Shown piece by piece: positions 48,495 to 58,291 of a DNA stretch of 64,000 bases. The notes under the pieces were generated by a model. That model was not told the origin of the DNA and ran no database searches. It saw nothing but the letters and a program-made list of their open reading frames with translations. Position numbers and translations under genes: made by a program. The DNA is from a virus (lineage: Duplodnaviria; Caudoviricetes): positions 1 to 64,000 of IMG/VR virus record IMGVR_UViG_3300009710_000010; one strand, given 5' to 3'. How positions within the stretch are numbered: the first letter of the stretch is position 1; each line of letters starts with the position of its first letter.

Positions 48495-48675
48495 TAACAT
48501 ATCTTTACTATCCTAAATTTCATTAATTTACTTCTATATAGATCCTAAAATCCACATCAATACTATACTTAAAACATTATTTCTATACTCATTACTTATT
48601 CTATATTTATTATTTCTATACTCTTCTTAATTACTTATATTTATAAATTCTATACTTACTATCTTAGATCCTATA
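48495..48675. other. Candidate replication origin: G-free AT-rich tract with phased direct repeats
   Basis: One G in 48495-48666; ATTATTTCTATACTC at 48576 and 48609; TTCTATACT at 48581, 48614 and 48648; located at the major strand switch. Confidence 0.55.
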
Positions 48676-48750
48676 GCGCGATTTTGGCCCGAATCGGCCG
48701 TTTACTCCGACCAACCTCATAGATATTATTGGTAAATCAATATTCCGGAG

Positions 48751-50388
48751 GTGGAAGTGTCTAAGAAAATCGTTACTAAAGATGAATTACAAGAACCTAA
48801 ACGCAAAGGTCTTAAGCAAGTTGCTGGTATTGTAAAAAGAACTTTGGGTCCAGGTGGACTTCCAATCGTTATTCAACGCGTAGGACAAACTCTCGAAGGA
48901 ACTCCTTTGGGACCAAAAATCACAAAAGATGGTGTAAGTGTAGCTGAAGAGTGTTCTTCTCCAAATGAAGAAGAAGATATTATAATTCAAGCTGTAAAAG
49001 GAATTTGTAGAAAAACAGTAAATACTGCAGGCGATGGAACGACTACAGCCATAGTTTTAGGTGAGGCTTTAGTAGAGGCAATGGACGCGGAACTTCAAGC
49101 TAATCCAGATCTAAACCCCCAATTAGTTAAAGAATCTTTAGAGTCCGCCTCAAAAGAAGTAATTAAGAAACTTAGAAAGTTAGCAACTCCAGTTAAGTCA
49201 ACAAAAGTAATTAAACAAGTTGCAACTATCTCTGCGAATGGGGATGAAGAGATCGGCCAAATTATCGCTGATGCCTTTGACCATGTGGGTGTAGACGGAG
49301 TTGTAACTGTAGATGAAGGTTCAAATAATAAAGTGACTTTAGATAAAGTTGATGGGTATCAATTCCAGCGTGGAGCTGAAGGTCGAAATGCTTTCTTTAA
49401 TAATAAAGAAAACACACAGTTTGAAGCAACTGATGTAAGTCTAATTATTTATGATGGTCGTTTAATTTCGTTTAATCAACTTATTCCTGCATTAAGACTT
49501 CTTAATGGGGTGGAAAATGGTCCAATGGGTGAGCAAGCTACAAAAAAGGCACCACCTTTGGTGATTATTGCCAATGAATTTAGTCCAGAGGTACTTCAAT
49601 TCTTATTGATTCAAAAGGATCAAGGTGGAATGGTAGTTGTTCCAGTTCTTGGACCAAACACGACCAGCGTACGATCGGGTTACTATGATGATTTAGCTGC
49701 GTATTCTGGAGGAACTCGACTGGGTAATGGTGCCCGAAACCTAGAATCAATTGAAGAACAAGACTTTGGATTGGTTTCAAGAGTCATCATTAATAAATAT
49801 AAAACTACCTTTTATGAAGGTCAAGGTGCCGAAGACGATATTTTGGCAAGAGTTAACCAATTAAGAGCTGCAAAAGAGGAAGCTGAATCTCCGTACGATG
49901 CTCAAGTTTTGAATGATAGAATCGCAGCTCTAACTAACGGGATCGCGAAAATCGGTGTTGGTGGTGCAACTGAATTTGAAATTAAAGAAAAATATGACAG
50001 GATTGAAGATGCTCTAAATGCCGCACGGGCAGCTATTCAAGAAGGTGTAGTTGCGGGTGGCGGTTCAACTCTATTAAGAATTGCTAGAAGTTTGAACTCT
50101 GAAAAGAGCGTCGGCCATAGAATCTTGCAAAGAGCACTTCAAGCTCCATTTTATCAGATTTTAGAAAACATAGGACTAAAAGAAGATAAAGTTGCAGAAC
50201 TAGCTTCTCAGATGACTAGATCTGATAAAATAGTATATGATGCTAGAAACAAGGAAATTAAAAGAGCACTAGCTGCAGGGATTATTGATCCTGTAAAAGT
50301 TACTAGAACTGCATTAGAAAATGCAGTAAGTATTGCATCACTTTTATCTACTGCAGGTGGTGCAATTATTTATAAAAACCCAAAATAG
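48751..50388 (+). CDS. groEL: Phage-encoded GroEL-like chaperonin
   Basis: TLGPGG, ITKDGVSVA, AGDGTTTA, ATISANGD, KEK.DRIEDAL.A.RAA..EG.V.GGG, GIIDP.KVTR.AL.NA.S. Confidence 0.95.
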   Translation: MEVSKKIVTKDELQEPKRKGLKQVAGIVKRTLGPGGLPIVIQRVGQTLEGTPLGPKITKDGVSVAEECSSPNEEEDIIIQAVKGICRKTVNTAGDGTTTAIVLGEALVEAMDAELQANPDLNPQLVKESLESASKEVIKKLRKLATPVKSTKVIKQVATISANGDEEIGQIIADAFDHVGVDGVVTVDEGSNNKVTLDKVDGYQFQRGAEGRNAFFNNKENTQFEATDVSLIIYDGRLISFNQLIPALRLLNGVENGPMGEQATKKAPPLVIIANEFSPEVLQFLLIQKDQGGMVVVPVLGPNTTSVRSGYYDDLAAYSGGTRLGNGARNLESIEEQDFGLVSRVIINKYKTTFYEGQGAEDDILARVNQLRAAKEEAESPYDAQVLNDRIAALTNGIAKIGVGGATEFEIKEKYDRIEDALNAARAAIQEGVVAGGGSTLLRIARSLNSEKSVGHRILQRALQAPFYQILENIGLKEDKVAELASQMTRSDKIVYDARNKEIKRALAAGIIDPVKVTRTALENAVSIASLLSTAGGAIIYKNPK

Positions 50389-50416
50389 TGGTATTATTAT
50401 AATCTCGACCTCCCGT

Positions 50417-50459
50417 ACGCCGTGTAGTTGATCCCCCCTCCATCTGCACGGCGTTTTTT
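50417..50459 (+). terminator. Rho-independent terminator with a CCCTCC-containing loop
   Basis: ACGCCGTGTAG...CTGCACGGCGT followed by TTTTT. Confidence 0.75.
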
Positions 50460-50522
50460 ATTTCAATCAAATGTCAAAATAGTTTGTAAAATATCCTTAC
50501 CCCAAACATTGTAGGAGTCATC

Positions 50523-52373
50523 GTGAATAAATCAAACAAATTGCTTTCGAACTTAGTCGCATTCAGAACATACGCTAAATACTTACCGCATCTCTCACGA
50601 AGAGAATCTTTAGAAGAAACTATTAATAGAAATATGAACATGCATCTTGAGAAGTTTCCAAAACTTTCAAGAGATATTATTAAAGCTTATAAACAAGTTC
50701 ACGATCTTAAAGTTATGCCATCAATGCGATCTTTGCAATTTGGTGGAGATGCTATTTTTAAAAATAATGCACGTATTTATAATTGCGCGTTTGTTCATAT
50801 AAAATATACAAGAGTCTTTGCAGAATCACTGTATCTTTTGTTATGTGGAACTGGTGTAGGTTACTCTATACAGAATCACCACATCTCGGAACTTCCATCT
50901 ATTAGAAAACCAAAACGTGAAAATACTCATATGATTCATGATTCTATTGAAGGATGGGCAGACGCAGTCGACGCACTAATGAATGCGTATTTTCATGGGG
51001 CAATTAGACCTATTTTTGATTATTCTCAAATCAGTCCAAAAGGAACTTATTTAGCGACTACTGGATCTAAAGCTCCAGGACCTGAGCCACTTAGATTAGC
51101 TTTAAATCAGGTAGAAAAGAAATTGCAAAACTCTATTGGTCGAAAACTTAATAGTTTAGAATGTCACGATATTATGTGCATTCTGGCTGATTGCGTATTA
51201 GCTGGAGGAATTAGACGAGCAGCTCTAATTGCTCTTTTTGATAAAGATGATGAATTAATGCTTACCTGTAAACAAGGTGAGTGGTGGGTTAAAACTCCAT
51301 ACCGTGCACGTGCTAACAACTCTGCTATATTGGTTCGAAATGAAACAACTAAAGAAGAGTTCTTGAGAGTTTTTGATGCGTGTATTAAATCTAATGCCGG
51401 TGAACCTGGATTTTTATGGGTAGACGATCGTGAAACTGGTGCAAATCCATGCGTTGAAATTGGATTGCAATCTAATCAGTTCTGTAATTTGACAACTACA
51501 AACATGACTGGTATTAAAAACGAAAAAGACTTTTTAAATAGAGTCTATGCTGCAGCTTTACTCGGAACTTTGCAGGCGTCATACACTGATTTTCCATATC
51601 TTGGGGAACGCTGGAAACAAGTTACAGAACAAGAGGCTTTAATTGGTTGCTCTTTTACTGGAATCGCCGATTCTCCTGAAATTACAGCTGAAATGCTTCA
51701 AAAAGGTGCAGAACTTGTAAAAGAGGTTAACGAAAAGTATTCTAAAATTATTGGAATTAATGTCGCAGCTAGAACTACTGCTATTAAACCTGAAGGCACA
51801 GCAAGTTGCGTATTGGGTTCTGCATCTGGAATCCACGCACGTCATTCAAAGTATTATTTAAGACGAATCCGACTAAACAAAGAAGAGTCGCTTGCTAAAT
51901 ATCTTAAATTAGTAGTTCCTGATTTAGTAGAAGATGATTTGTTTAGTACTCGTGATATAGTTGTGACTATTCCTCAAGAATCTCCAGAAGACTCAATCGT
52001 CAGAGAAAAAGAATCAGCTATGACTTTACTTGATCGAGTCCTTCATTATAATAAGAATTGGGTAATTCCAGGACATAGATCTGGAAAAGCACGTCACAAT
52101 GTTTCATGCACTATCAATTATAAACCAGAAGAAGTCGAAGCATTAGCTCAACGTATGTGGGAAGAACGAGACGTTTATTCAGGGATCAGCCTACTTCCAT
52201 ATGATGGAGGAACTTACCAACAAGCTCCGTTCGAAGAATGCACTAAAGAGGTTTTCGATTCTATTAATAAGTTGGTAAAAGATATTGATCTAACTCAAGT
52301 GTTAGAAATGGACGATCAAACAAACATGGCAGAGCAACTAGCTTGTGCGGGTGGAGTTTGCGAAATCCGATAA
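50523..52373 (+). CDS. nrdJ: Class II (B12-dependent) ribonucleotide reductase
   Basis: YNCAF, GTGVG, GGIRRAA, GEPG, NPCVEI, FCNL, KPEGT, C-terminal ACAGGVCE; no beta-subunit gene nearby. Confidence 0.9.
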   Translation: MNKSNKLLSNLVAFRTYAKYLPHLSRRESLEETINRNMNMHLEKFPKLSRDIIKAYKQVHDLKVMPSMRSLQFGGDAIFKNNARIYNCAFVHIKYTRVFAESLYLLLCGTGVGYSIQNHHISELPSIRKPKRENTHMIHDSIEGWADAVDALMNAYFHGAIRPIFDYSQISPKGTYLATTGSKAPGPEPLRLALNQVEKKLQNSIGRKLNSLECHDIMCILADCVLAGGIRRAALIALFDKDDELMLTCKQGEWWVKTPYRARANNSAILVRNETTKEEFLRVFDACIKSNAGEPGFLWVDDRETGANPCVEIGLQSNQFCNLTTTNMTGIKNEKDFLNRVYAAALLGTLQASYTDFPYLGERWKQVTEQEALIGCSFTGIADSPEITAEMLQKGAELVKEVNEKYSKIIGINVAARTTAIKPEGTASCVLGSASGIHARHSKYYLRRIRLNKEESLAKYLKLVVPDLVEDDLFSTRDIVVTIPQESPEDSIVREKESAMTLLDRVLHYNKNWVIPGHRSGKARHNVSCTINYKPEEVEALAQRMWEERDVYSGISLLPYDGGTYQQAPFEECTKEVFDSINKLVKDIDLTQVLEMDDQTNMAEQLACAGGVCEIR

Positions 52374-52388
52374 CAATAGGATTTAACA

Positions 52389-52844
52389 ATGATAACAGAC
52401 AAAAAACTAAAAAAGTATTATCGCCACGCTCTGGCTGCTTCGGTGGATTCTCCAGATCCATCAACTAAAGTCGGAGCCGTTTTAATCAATAAAAATTCAG
52501 GTGCCGTTATAGCTGATGGCTTTAATGGGTTTATTCGAGGAGCTCAAGACGACAAGCTACCTCTCACACGACCAGAAAAATACGACTATATCATTCACGC
52601 AGAAACCAACCTACTATGTAATGCAGTAAAACATGGAATTTCAACTGATGGTTGCGTTTTATTTTGTACCCATTCACCGTGCATTAAATGTATGCGTATG
52701 CTATATCAAGCAGGAATAAACGAAGTCTATGTTAAAGAGTTCTACTCAGACTTTAAAACTTGCTCGTCGATGCTAGACCTAAGTCTTGAGGTTACAACGC
52801 TGGGCGAATTTAGTAAAATAGAAATTAAACCAAAGAGGAATTAA
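52389..52844 (+). CDS. dCMP deaminase
   Basis: S.DPSTKVGA, GFNG, HAE.N, PC..C. Confidence 0.92.
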   Translation: MITDKKLKKYYRHALAASVDSPDPSTKVGAVLINKNSGAVIADGFNGFIRGAQDDKLPLTRPEKYDYIIHAETNLLCNAVKHGISTDGCVLFCTHSPCIKCMRMLYQAGINEVYVKEFYSDFKTCSSMLDLSLEVTTLGEFSKIEIKPKRN

Positions 52845-53389
52845 TGAAAAACAGTATCGTAACAGTTAATATGGGAAACTCATCTTCAAACACGTTCATC
52901 GTTGATACTGACGAAGGAGATACAGTACTCCTAACTCATCCATTGGCAAAGGGTCTCTTAATGAGAGTTCCTAAAGATAAAGTCGATGTATCTGCTCCTA
53001 ATATTAAAGATTCCACAGAACGTTGCATAGACTATGCAAATAATAATAAATCATATCTCGACTATAATACTGTTGGAGATTTAGAATCCGTAGGTACTCA
53101 TTTTGCCTTTAAAAGGCAACTTACTCCTCGCCAAAAGCAAACATTAGCTAACATTTGCGGAGTTATTGCTAGTGTTAAATTTAATAATGATCTAAGAGAG
53201 GCCATGAACTTTGTCAGCAAAAATTCATCACTTTTAGATGAGTTTAATTCTATGTGGTATAACAACTTCCGAGGTTTGTTTAATGGAAGTCAACAAGTTA
53301 CGTCAAAAAAACAAAGAAGTGCAATATTTAATATAGCAGGATACGTTTTAGCTGAGTTGGAGAATCCAACGGCTAAAACTCGTAAGTGA
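52844..53389 (+). CDS. Hypothetical protein
   Basis: 181 aa, TAATG-coupled. Confidence 0.6.
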   Translation: MKNSIVTVNMGNSSSNTFIVDTDEGDTVLLTHPLAKGLLMRVPKDKVDVSAPNIKDSTERCIDYANNNKSYLDYNTVGDLESVGTHFAFKRQLTPRQKQTLANICGVIASVKFNNDLREAMNFVSKNSSLLDEFNSMWYNNFRGLFNGSQQVTSKKQRSAIFNIAGYVLAELENPTAKTRK

Positions 53390-53424
53390 TATAATCTTAC
53401 TATTCAATACACACAGGAGTACAG

Positions 53425-55239
53425 ATGTCTTCATTAAAACGGGCCCATATAGACTTCGTAATGAATTTACGAAAACAGGGAAAGACCTTCCTAGAAATCA
53501 CATTAGCATTCGGTAAAAAGTTCGGTATTAAGAGATCTACTAGCTCAATCGAAAGAATCTTTAAAACTTATAAAAACGAATACGACTTAAAATCTATTAA
53601 AAGTACAGTCGAAGTTAAAGCTGAAGTTATGCAGGAAAAGCTTATGAGTTCTTTCCTGGAACTCGTTTCTCTGCGCAAATACATTCCAATTCAAACAGAG
53701 TTCATTCAACACCATGGTGGAAATAAAGACACTATCAATAAATATTACGGGTCATTTGACAATTTGATCCAGGAAGCCCGTAAGAGGGATCCAAAGGTAT
53801 TTAAAAATATCATCGATGAAACATCATTTAATAATGAAGCATTTAAAGAATTACGAAACTATATTTCTGAACATAAGAGATTCTTTATAACTTCTGCGGT
53901 CACTGGATGTGACGTCCATGAGGACGCACTAGCTGCGGTACAAACTTATTGCAAAAAGAACAAAGCGGCACTTTTAATTCTTCCATGTTCTGATCCAGCT
54001 CGTCAAAAAGACCATAAAAACAAGTGGACGCTTTCACCAGATCTTCCTAAAAAATCAGTAGTATTTAAGGAAGTTGCGCTAAACGACAATATTATACTTT
54101 CTACAATTAAAATGTCAGCAAAGCAGCTTCAGCCTTTGACAGGTATTAAGCGACTTTCTCAAAAGAAAGGTTCTGCAATCGTAGCGTCTCCTAAACAATT
54201 TCTTGAGTATGTTGCTAATTCCAATAACAATACTGAAATACCAAGAGCTCTAATGTCTACAGGATGTATTACTAAAGCTAGTTACCAGACAGAAATGTAC
54301 ATGTCTGAACGTACAGCTGAATTGGCAAATTTAGATCACGAATTAGGTGGCATTATCGTTGAAATTAAAAACGGTAAGATTTTCTTTTTCCGCCAAGTTC
54401 AAATCAATAAAAAAACAGGTTCATTTACAGATATTGACAAAAAATATAATGCAGATGGAACTGTTGAAAAAGTAACTGCAGATTTAGTTCAAACTGGCGA
54501 TTGGCACGTACTTTCAACATGCCCATCTACTCGTCGAATTGCTAAAGAAATTGTAGAAGCCGTCAAACCTAAATATCTTACATTTGAAGATTTTTTAGAT
54601 GGTATTACCATCAATCCTCATGAAAAGCATAACTTAGTTGCGCTATCTAAAAAGGCCAAACAAGGTCTTTTAGCACTAGATCACGAATTAGAAGCTTGCG
54701 CTAAAGAGATCAACGAAGTATGTAAATGGCCGGCTGAAGAAGTCGTGTTTAAGTACGGTAACCACGAAGATTTTTTAAAACGATACTTAGCAGATGGTGC
54801 TTTCATGTACCAACCTATGAATAAAATTATTGCGATGAAACTTACGATTGCTTTAGAAGAGCTTGAAGTTAATCCATTTGAATATGCAATGCGTGAAATG
54901 TATGGATTAGATCAACCTGATAAAGTTAAATTTTTATCTATTAACGATTCTTTCAAAGTTAATGGAATTGAGAATGGCGCCCACGGGCACATGGGCAAGG
55001 GCGGTCGTAGAAACCCAGGTATGGCAGAAATCGAAGAGTGTTACGGAGCAGCCAACGTCGGTCACAACCACTCAGCTGCAATCTTTAGATCTGTATTTCG
55101 TGTGGGAACAAGCACTAAATTACAACTAAGTTATAACGATGGCCCTTCGGCTTGGACCCAAACACACTTAATTCAACATAAAGATGGATCACGCCAACTG
55201 ATCAGCAATATTTATGGTGAGTGGAGACTTCAAGATTAA
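53425..55239 (+). CDS. Calcineurin-like metallophosphoesterase with N-terminal HTH-like domains
   Basis: GDWH, EDFLDG, GNHE, HGH.G, GHNH. Confidence 0.75.
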   Translation: MSSLKRAHIDFVMNLRKQGKTFLEITLAFGKKFGIKRSTSSIERIFKTYKNEYDLKSIKSTVEVKAEVMQEKLMSSFLELVSLRKYIPIQTEFIQHHGGNKDTINKYYGSFDNLIQEARKRDPKVFKNIIDETSFNNEAFKELRNYISEHKRFFITSAVTGCDVHEDALAAVQTYCKKNKAALLILPCSDPARQKDHKNKWTLSPDLPKKSVVFKEVALNDNIILSTIKMSAKQLQPLTGIKRLSQKKGSAIVASPKQFLEYVANSNNNTEIPRALMSTGCITKASYQTEMYMSERTAELANLDHELGGIIVEIKNGKIFFFRQVQINKKTGSFTDIDKKYNADGTVEKVTADLVQTGDWHVLSTCPSTRRIAKEIVEAVKPKYLTFEDFLDGITINPHEKHNLVALSKKAKQGLLALDHELEACAKEINEVCKWPAEEVVFKYGNHEDFLKRYLADGAFMYQPMNKIIAMKLTIALEELEVNPFEYAMREMYGLDQPDKVKFLSINDSFKVNGIENGAHGHMGKGGRRNPGMAEIEECYGAANVGHNHSAAIFRSVFRVGTSTKLQLSYNDGPSAWTQTHLIQHKDGSRQLISNIYGEWRLQD

Positions 55240-55267
55240 GCTTCTCAAAACTAACGTTTACCTAGGC

Positions 55268-55304
55268 AAGAGCCATTGGATAAGATGAATCCGATGGCTC
55301 TTTT
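55268..55304 (+). terminator. Hairpin terminator or operator palindrome
   Basis: AAGAGCCATTGGAT-aagatga-ATCCGATGGCTCTT-TT. Confidence 0.6.
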
Positions 55305-55324
55305 AGTTTAAAACGGAGGATAAA

Positions 55325-55891
55325 ATGCTTAATGTAAAATACTGTCTCAAATTGGGACAAGACATGTTCGAAATCACTGGAGATTTTAAAACAGAAAAGG
55401 AGTTCTTCCAAAAGATGGCTTTCTTTTCAAATCTTCCAAAAACTGCACCGAAAGGCGCTACTGATCTTAAATTGGTAGTTCGAGAAACTAAAAAAGGTAC
55501 ATATTACTCTTTAGTTTCTGAATCTGAGAAAATGGAATTTCAAATTGGTCAGCATAAAGAAGGTGATACGCTTTATGCTAAAGACTGGGTTCCTCTGTAT
55601 CAAGCTGAGACAGAACAAGGTCCTGCGACATTCGGTGGTCAATCTGCGCAAAAGACAGCAGCACCTACACAATCAACTGCTCCAGCGTTTGGGACTCAAA
55701 CGGCAGCTGCTCCTGTAGCCCAAGCCGCAGCGCCAGCGTTTGGAACGCAAGCGCCAACTCCGGCACAACCTGCAGCGCCCGCTCCTCAAACTACAGCGCC
55801 AGCCGCAGCCCCAACCGCTGCTGCAGTGAGTCCTGCAATTCAGCAAACTGCCAATAACGTATTATCGCGTTTTGGAATTCAGGCTAAATAG
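55325..55891 (+). CDS. Hypothetical protein (possible SSB) with an Ala/Pro/Gln/Thr disordered tail
   Basis: About 95-aa beta domain followed by PATFGGQ/APAFGTQ repeats; located upstream of primase. Confidence 0.55.
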   Translation: MLNVKYCLKLGQDMFEITGDFKTEKEFFQKMAFFSNLPKTAPKGATDLKLVVRETKKGTYYSLVSESEKMEFQIGQHKEGDTLYAKDWVPLYQAETEQGPATFGGQSAQKTAAPTQSTAPAFGTQTAAAPVAQAAAPAFGTQAPTPAQPAAPAPQTTAPAAAPTAAAVSPAIQQTANNVLSRFGIQAK

Positions 55892-55899
55892 GAGATAAC

Positions 55900-56220
55900 A
55901 TGTCAGAAGATCAAGGTCAAGATAATAAAGCAAACCGACGATACGTCGGTAAAATGCGAGGAACTAATACAAAGTATGGCACCATGTATAAAATCTACAT
56001 GGACAATTTAGATGCTCAAAATAAAGACGGTACTCCAAATAAGTACTATAAGGGTGCTTTAATTTGGGCAGATGCTGAAACTGGTAAAAATTATCATGTA
56101 AAACAAATGAGTTTATGGATTCCTAAAGATGGAATGGATCCAGCGTTGGTTGCAAAAGGATATTCTCATTTTATTACTTTAAATCTTGATGATCAATATG
56201 AAGTAACAGTTCTAGGTTAA
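55900..56220 (+). CDS. Hypothetical protein in the replication cluster
   Basis: 106 aa, beta-rich and aromatic; AGGAG RBS. Confidence 0.6.
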   Translation: MSEDQGQDNKANRRYVGKMRGTNTKYGTMYKIYMDNLDAQNKDGTPNKYYKGALIWADAETGKNYHVKQMSLWIPKDGMDPALVAKGYSHFITLNLDDQYEVTVLG

Positions 56221-56242
56221 TATTCACATCTGAGGGGTATCC

Positions 56243-58291
56243 GTGAGTTTCTACCGATTAATTAAAGCTGATTGGGGCAAGCCGTTATTAGATAACGGCA
56301 AGCCTAATCCTAAATTTGTAACAGAAATCAAAGGTCCTAATACCTATGAAGGTTATAATTTTACTCCAGAATTCCTAAAAGAAAAGAATGAAGCAGGTTA
56401 TAACGTTTATTTCTTTCCTAACCATCCTAAAAGAGACGTCTACAGCGAGGGTGTAGTATCTTTAGCCGGTAAACACATTGAGCAATTCAATTTTGTTTTT
56501 GTGGATATGGACTTAAAAGATAAAATCTATAATAGTAAAGATGAATTTATCATGAAGCTATTAGAGTTTCCGCTTAAACCAACCATGGTGGTAAACTCTG
56601 GAAACGGTGTTCATGCATATTGGGCAGTAAACCCACTAACCCGAGATGAATACGTTTTTGCCCAATTAGCTCTCTTGAAATATTTTAAAACTGATGAGTC
56701 TGTTTTTACAGTTCTTCAATTAATGAGACTTCCTGGATATTTGAATACTAAAAAACACAATGAATTTGTTCCAGCCTCTATAGTTGCGGAAGCATCTTCT
56801 AACTTATCTTATACTTTAGATCAGTTTCCTAAAGAAGTATTTGAGGCTCTCGCTCCTGAGGATATTGCGCGCGGTCAAAAACATCTAGACCGTCTAGACG
56901 GTAAATTAGCTATTAACGCTCCTGAGTATGTTAATATTGATGAAGTTCCTGAAAAATTCTTTGATTATATTAATGATCCTAAAAACAAACAAGCTTTAGA
57001 TCTTTGGATGGATCCAAAAGGCACGTATGGTGATCGCTCTAAAGCTGATATGAAGCTTGCAAACATGCTTTATAAAAGTAATTTTAATAAAAAAGAGGCT
57101 TTAGCTATTATTTCTAATACACAAAAGGCGTTAAGCCACGCTAATCGTAAACACTACGCTGAAACTACTGTTGATAAAGTTTATACTGAAAAATTAAATA
57201 GTAAATTTATGACAGTTGGTCAAAGAAATAGAACTGTCGAAGAAGATAGAAATCTTGGAGATTTAATCAGATGTTCTTGGTGGGTAGACACCAACGTATT
57301 AGGAAACCCGTGGAGAAAACGAGAATTGACAGGCTTAATAGCAGGTCCCGGCGTAGGCAAAACTTCAGTAACTTTAAAATGGATTAAAGACGCTATTGAA
57401 AACAACCCAGACAATGATGACATTTACGTAATATTTACATTAGAAATGTCGGTGGGAGAGATTCAAACTAGATGGAACAATTTAGTAGGAAAAGAGTCTC
57501 CACTAGCCGATCGTTTATATGTGATTGGTAATGAGACTGAAACATTCGAACCACGAAACGTAGGAATGCAAGAAATTGTTGAAGATTGTCTTGAATTAAA
57601 AAAGCTTACTGGTAAAAATATTGGAATGATGGCTATTGATCATATAGGTCTCATTTCGAAACATATCGATATTCGTAAAAAATATACGTTCGGTATTGAT
57701 TCAGAACAGAACGCTGGTTATGGAAATATTAGGACATTAGGTCTAAATTCCATTGCTAAACAAATGAAACCGTTATGTAAGTTACTAGATACCCATATTA
57801 TCTTATTGACCCAGACTACTAAAGAAAAAGGTGTTGGAGATCTTCCAATTGGTAAAGACGGAGCTTTTGGTATTTCAGATTATGAAAACATTATGGACCG
57901 TATCATTACGGTATGGCAGCCTTTAAAATTAGTCCAAGCTCAGACTAAAAATAGGTTTATGGCATGGCAATACGTTAAGATTCGAAGTAAGCACCAGAAC
58001 GACAAGATACAAACGGATGAACCTAAAATAATGACGTACGATCTAGCTACTGGGGATATTCAACCAGCTACCCAAGATCAATTTAATGAGTTTATGAGGC
58101 TATATCCGACTACCATTGAGATGCGTGACGCCATGATGAAGAAAAAGGGTGGAATTGGATATTCAATTCACGTAAATCTTGATACTTTAAATAAAGTAAC
58201 ATCGGCCCTAGTTAACAGGGGCGCAGGGGATAAAAATGATTTGGCAAAAGTACAACCTAATCAACACTCCGGAACTAATCAAGCAGGTTGA
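56243..58291 (+). CDS. Primase (AEP/RepB-like)-SF4 helicase fusion
   Basis: VDMD, PT.VVNSGNGVHAYW, RLPG..N.K, DRS..D; helicase AGPGVGKT, FTLEM, IDHI, LLTQ. Confidence 0.88.
   Translation: MSFYRLIKADWGKPLLDNGKPNPKFVTEIKGPNTYEGYNFTPEFLKEKNEAGYNVYFFPNHPKRDVYSEGVVSLAGKHIEQFNFVFVDMDLKDKIYNSKDEFIMKLLEFPLKPTMVVNSGNGVHAYWAVNPLTRDEYVFAQLALLKYFKTDESVFTVLQLMRLPGYLNTKKHNEFVPASIVAEASSNLSYTLDQFPKEVFEALAPEDIARGQKHLDRLDGKLAINAPEYVNIDEVPEKFFDYINDPKNKQALDLWMDPKGTYGDRSKADMKLANMLYKSNFNKKEALAIISNTQKALSHANRKHYAETTVDKVYTEKLNSKFMTVGQRNRTVEEDRNLGDLIRCSWWVDTNVLGNPWRKRELTGLIAGPGVGKTSVTLKWIKDAIENNPDNDDIYVIFTLEMSVGEIQTRWNNLVGKESPLADRLYVIGNETETFEPRNVGMQEIVEDCLELKKLTGKNIGMMAIDHIGLISKHIDIRKKYTFGIDSEQNAGYGNIRTLGLNSIAKQMKPLCKLLDTHIILLTQTTKEKGVGDLPIGKDGAFGISDYENIMDRIITVWQPLKLVQAQTKNRFMAWQYVKIRSKHQNDKIQTDEPKIMTYDLATGDIQPATQDQFNEFMRLYPTTIEMRDAMMKKKGGIGYSIHVNLDTLNKVTSALVNRGAGDKNDLAKVQPNQHSGTNQAG

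Noticed and set aside
41344-48500. Track starts for ligase (42315) and helicase (48500)
   Set aside because: The extensions overlap another gene or the intergenic region; downstream ATGs at 42231 and 48404 have RBSs.
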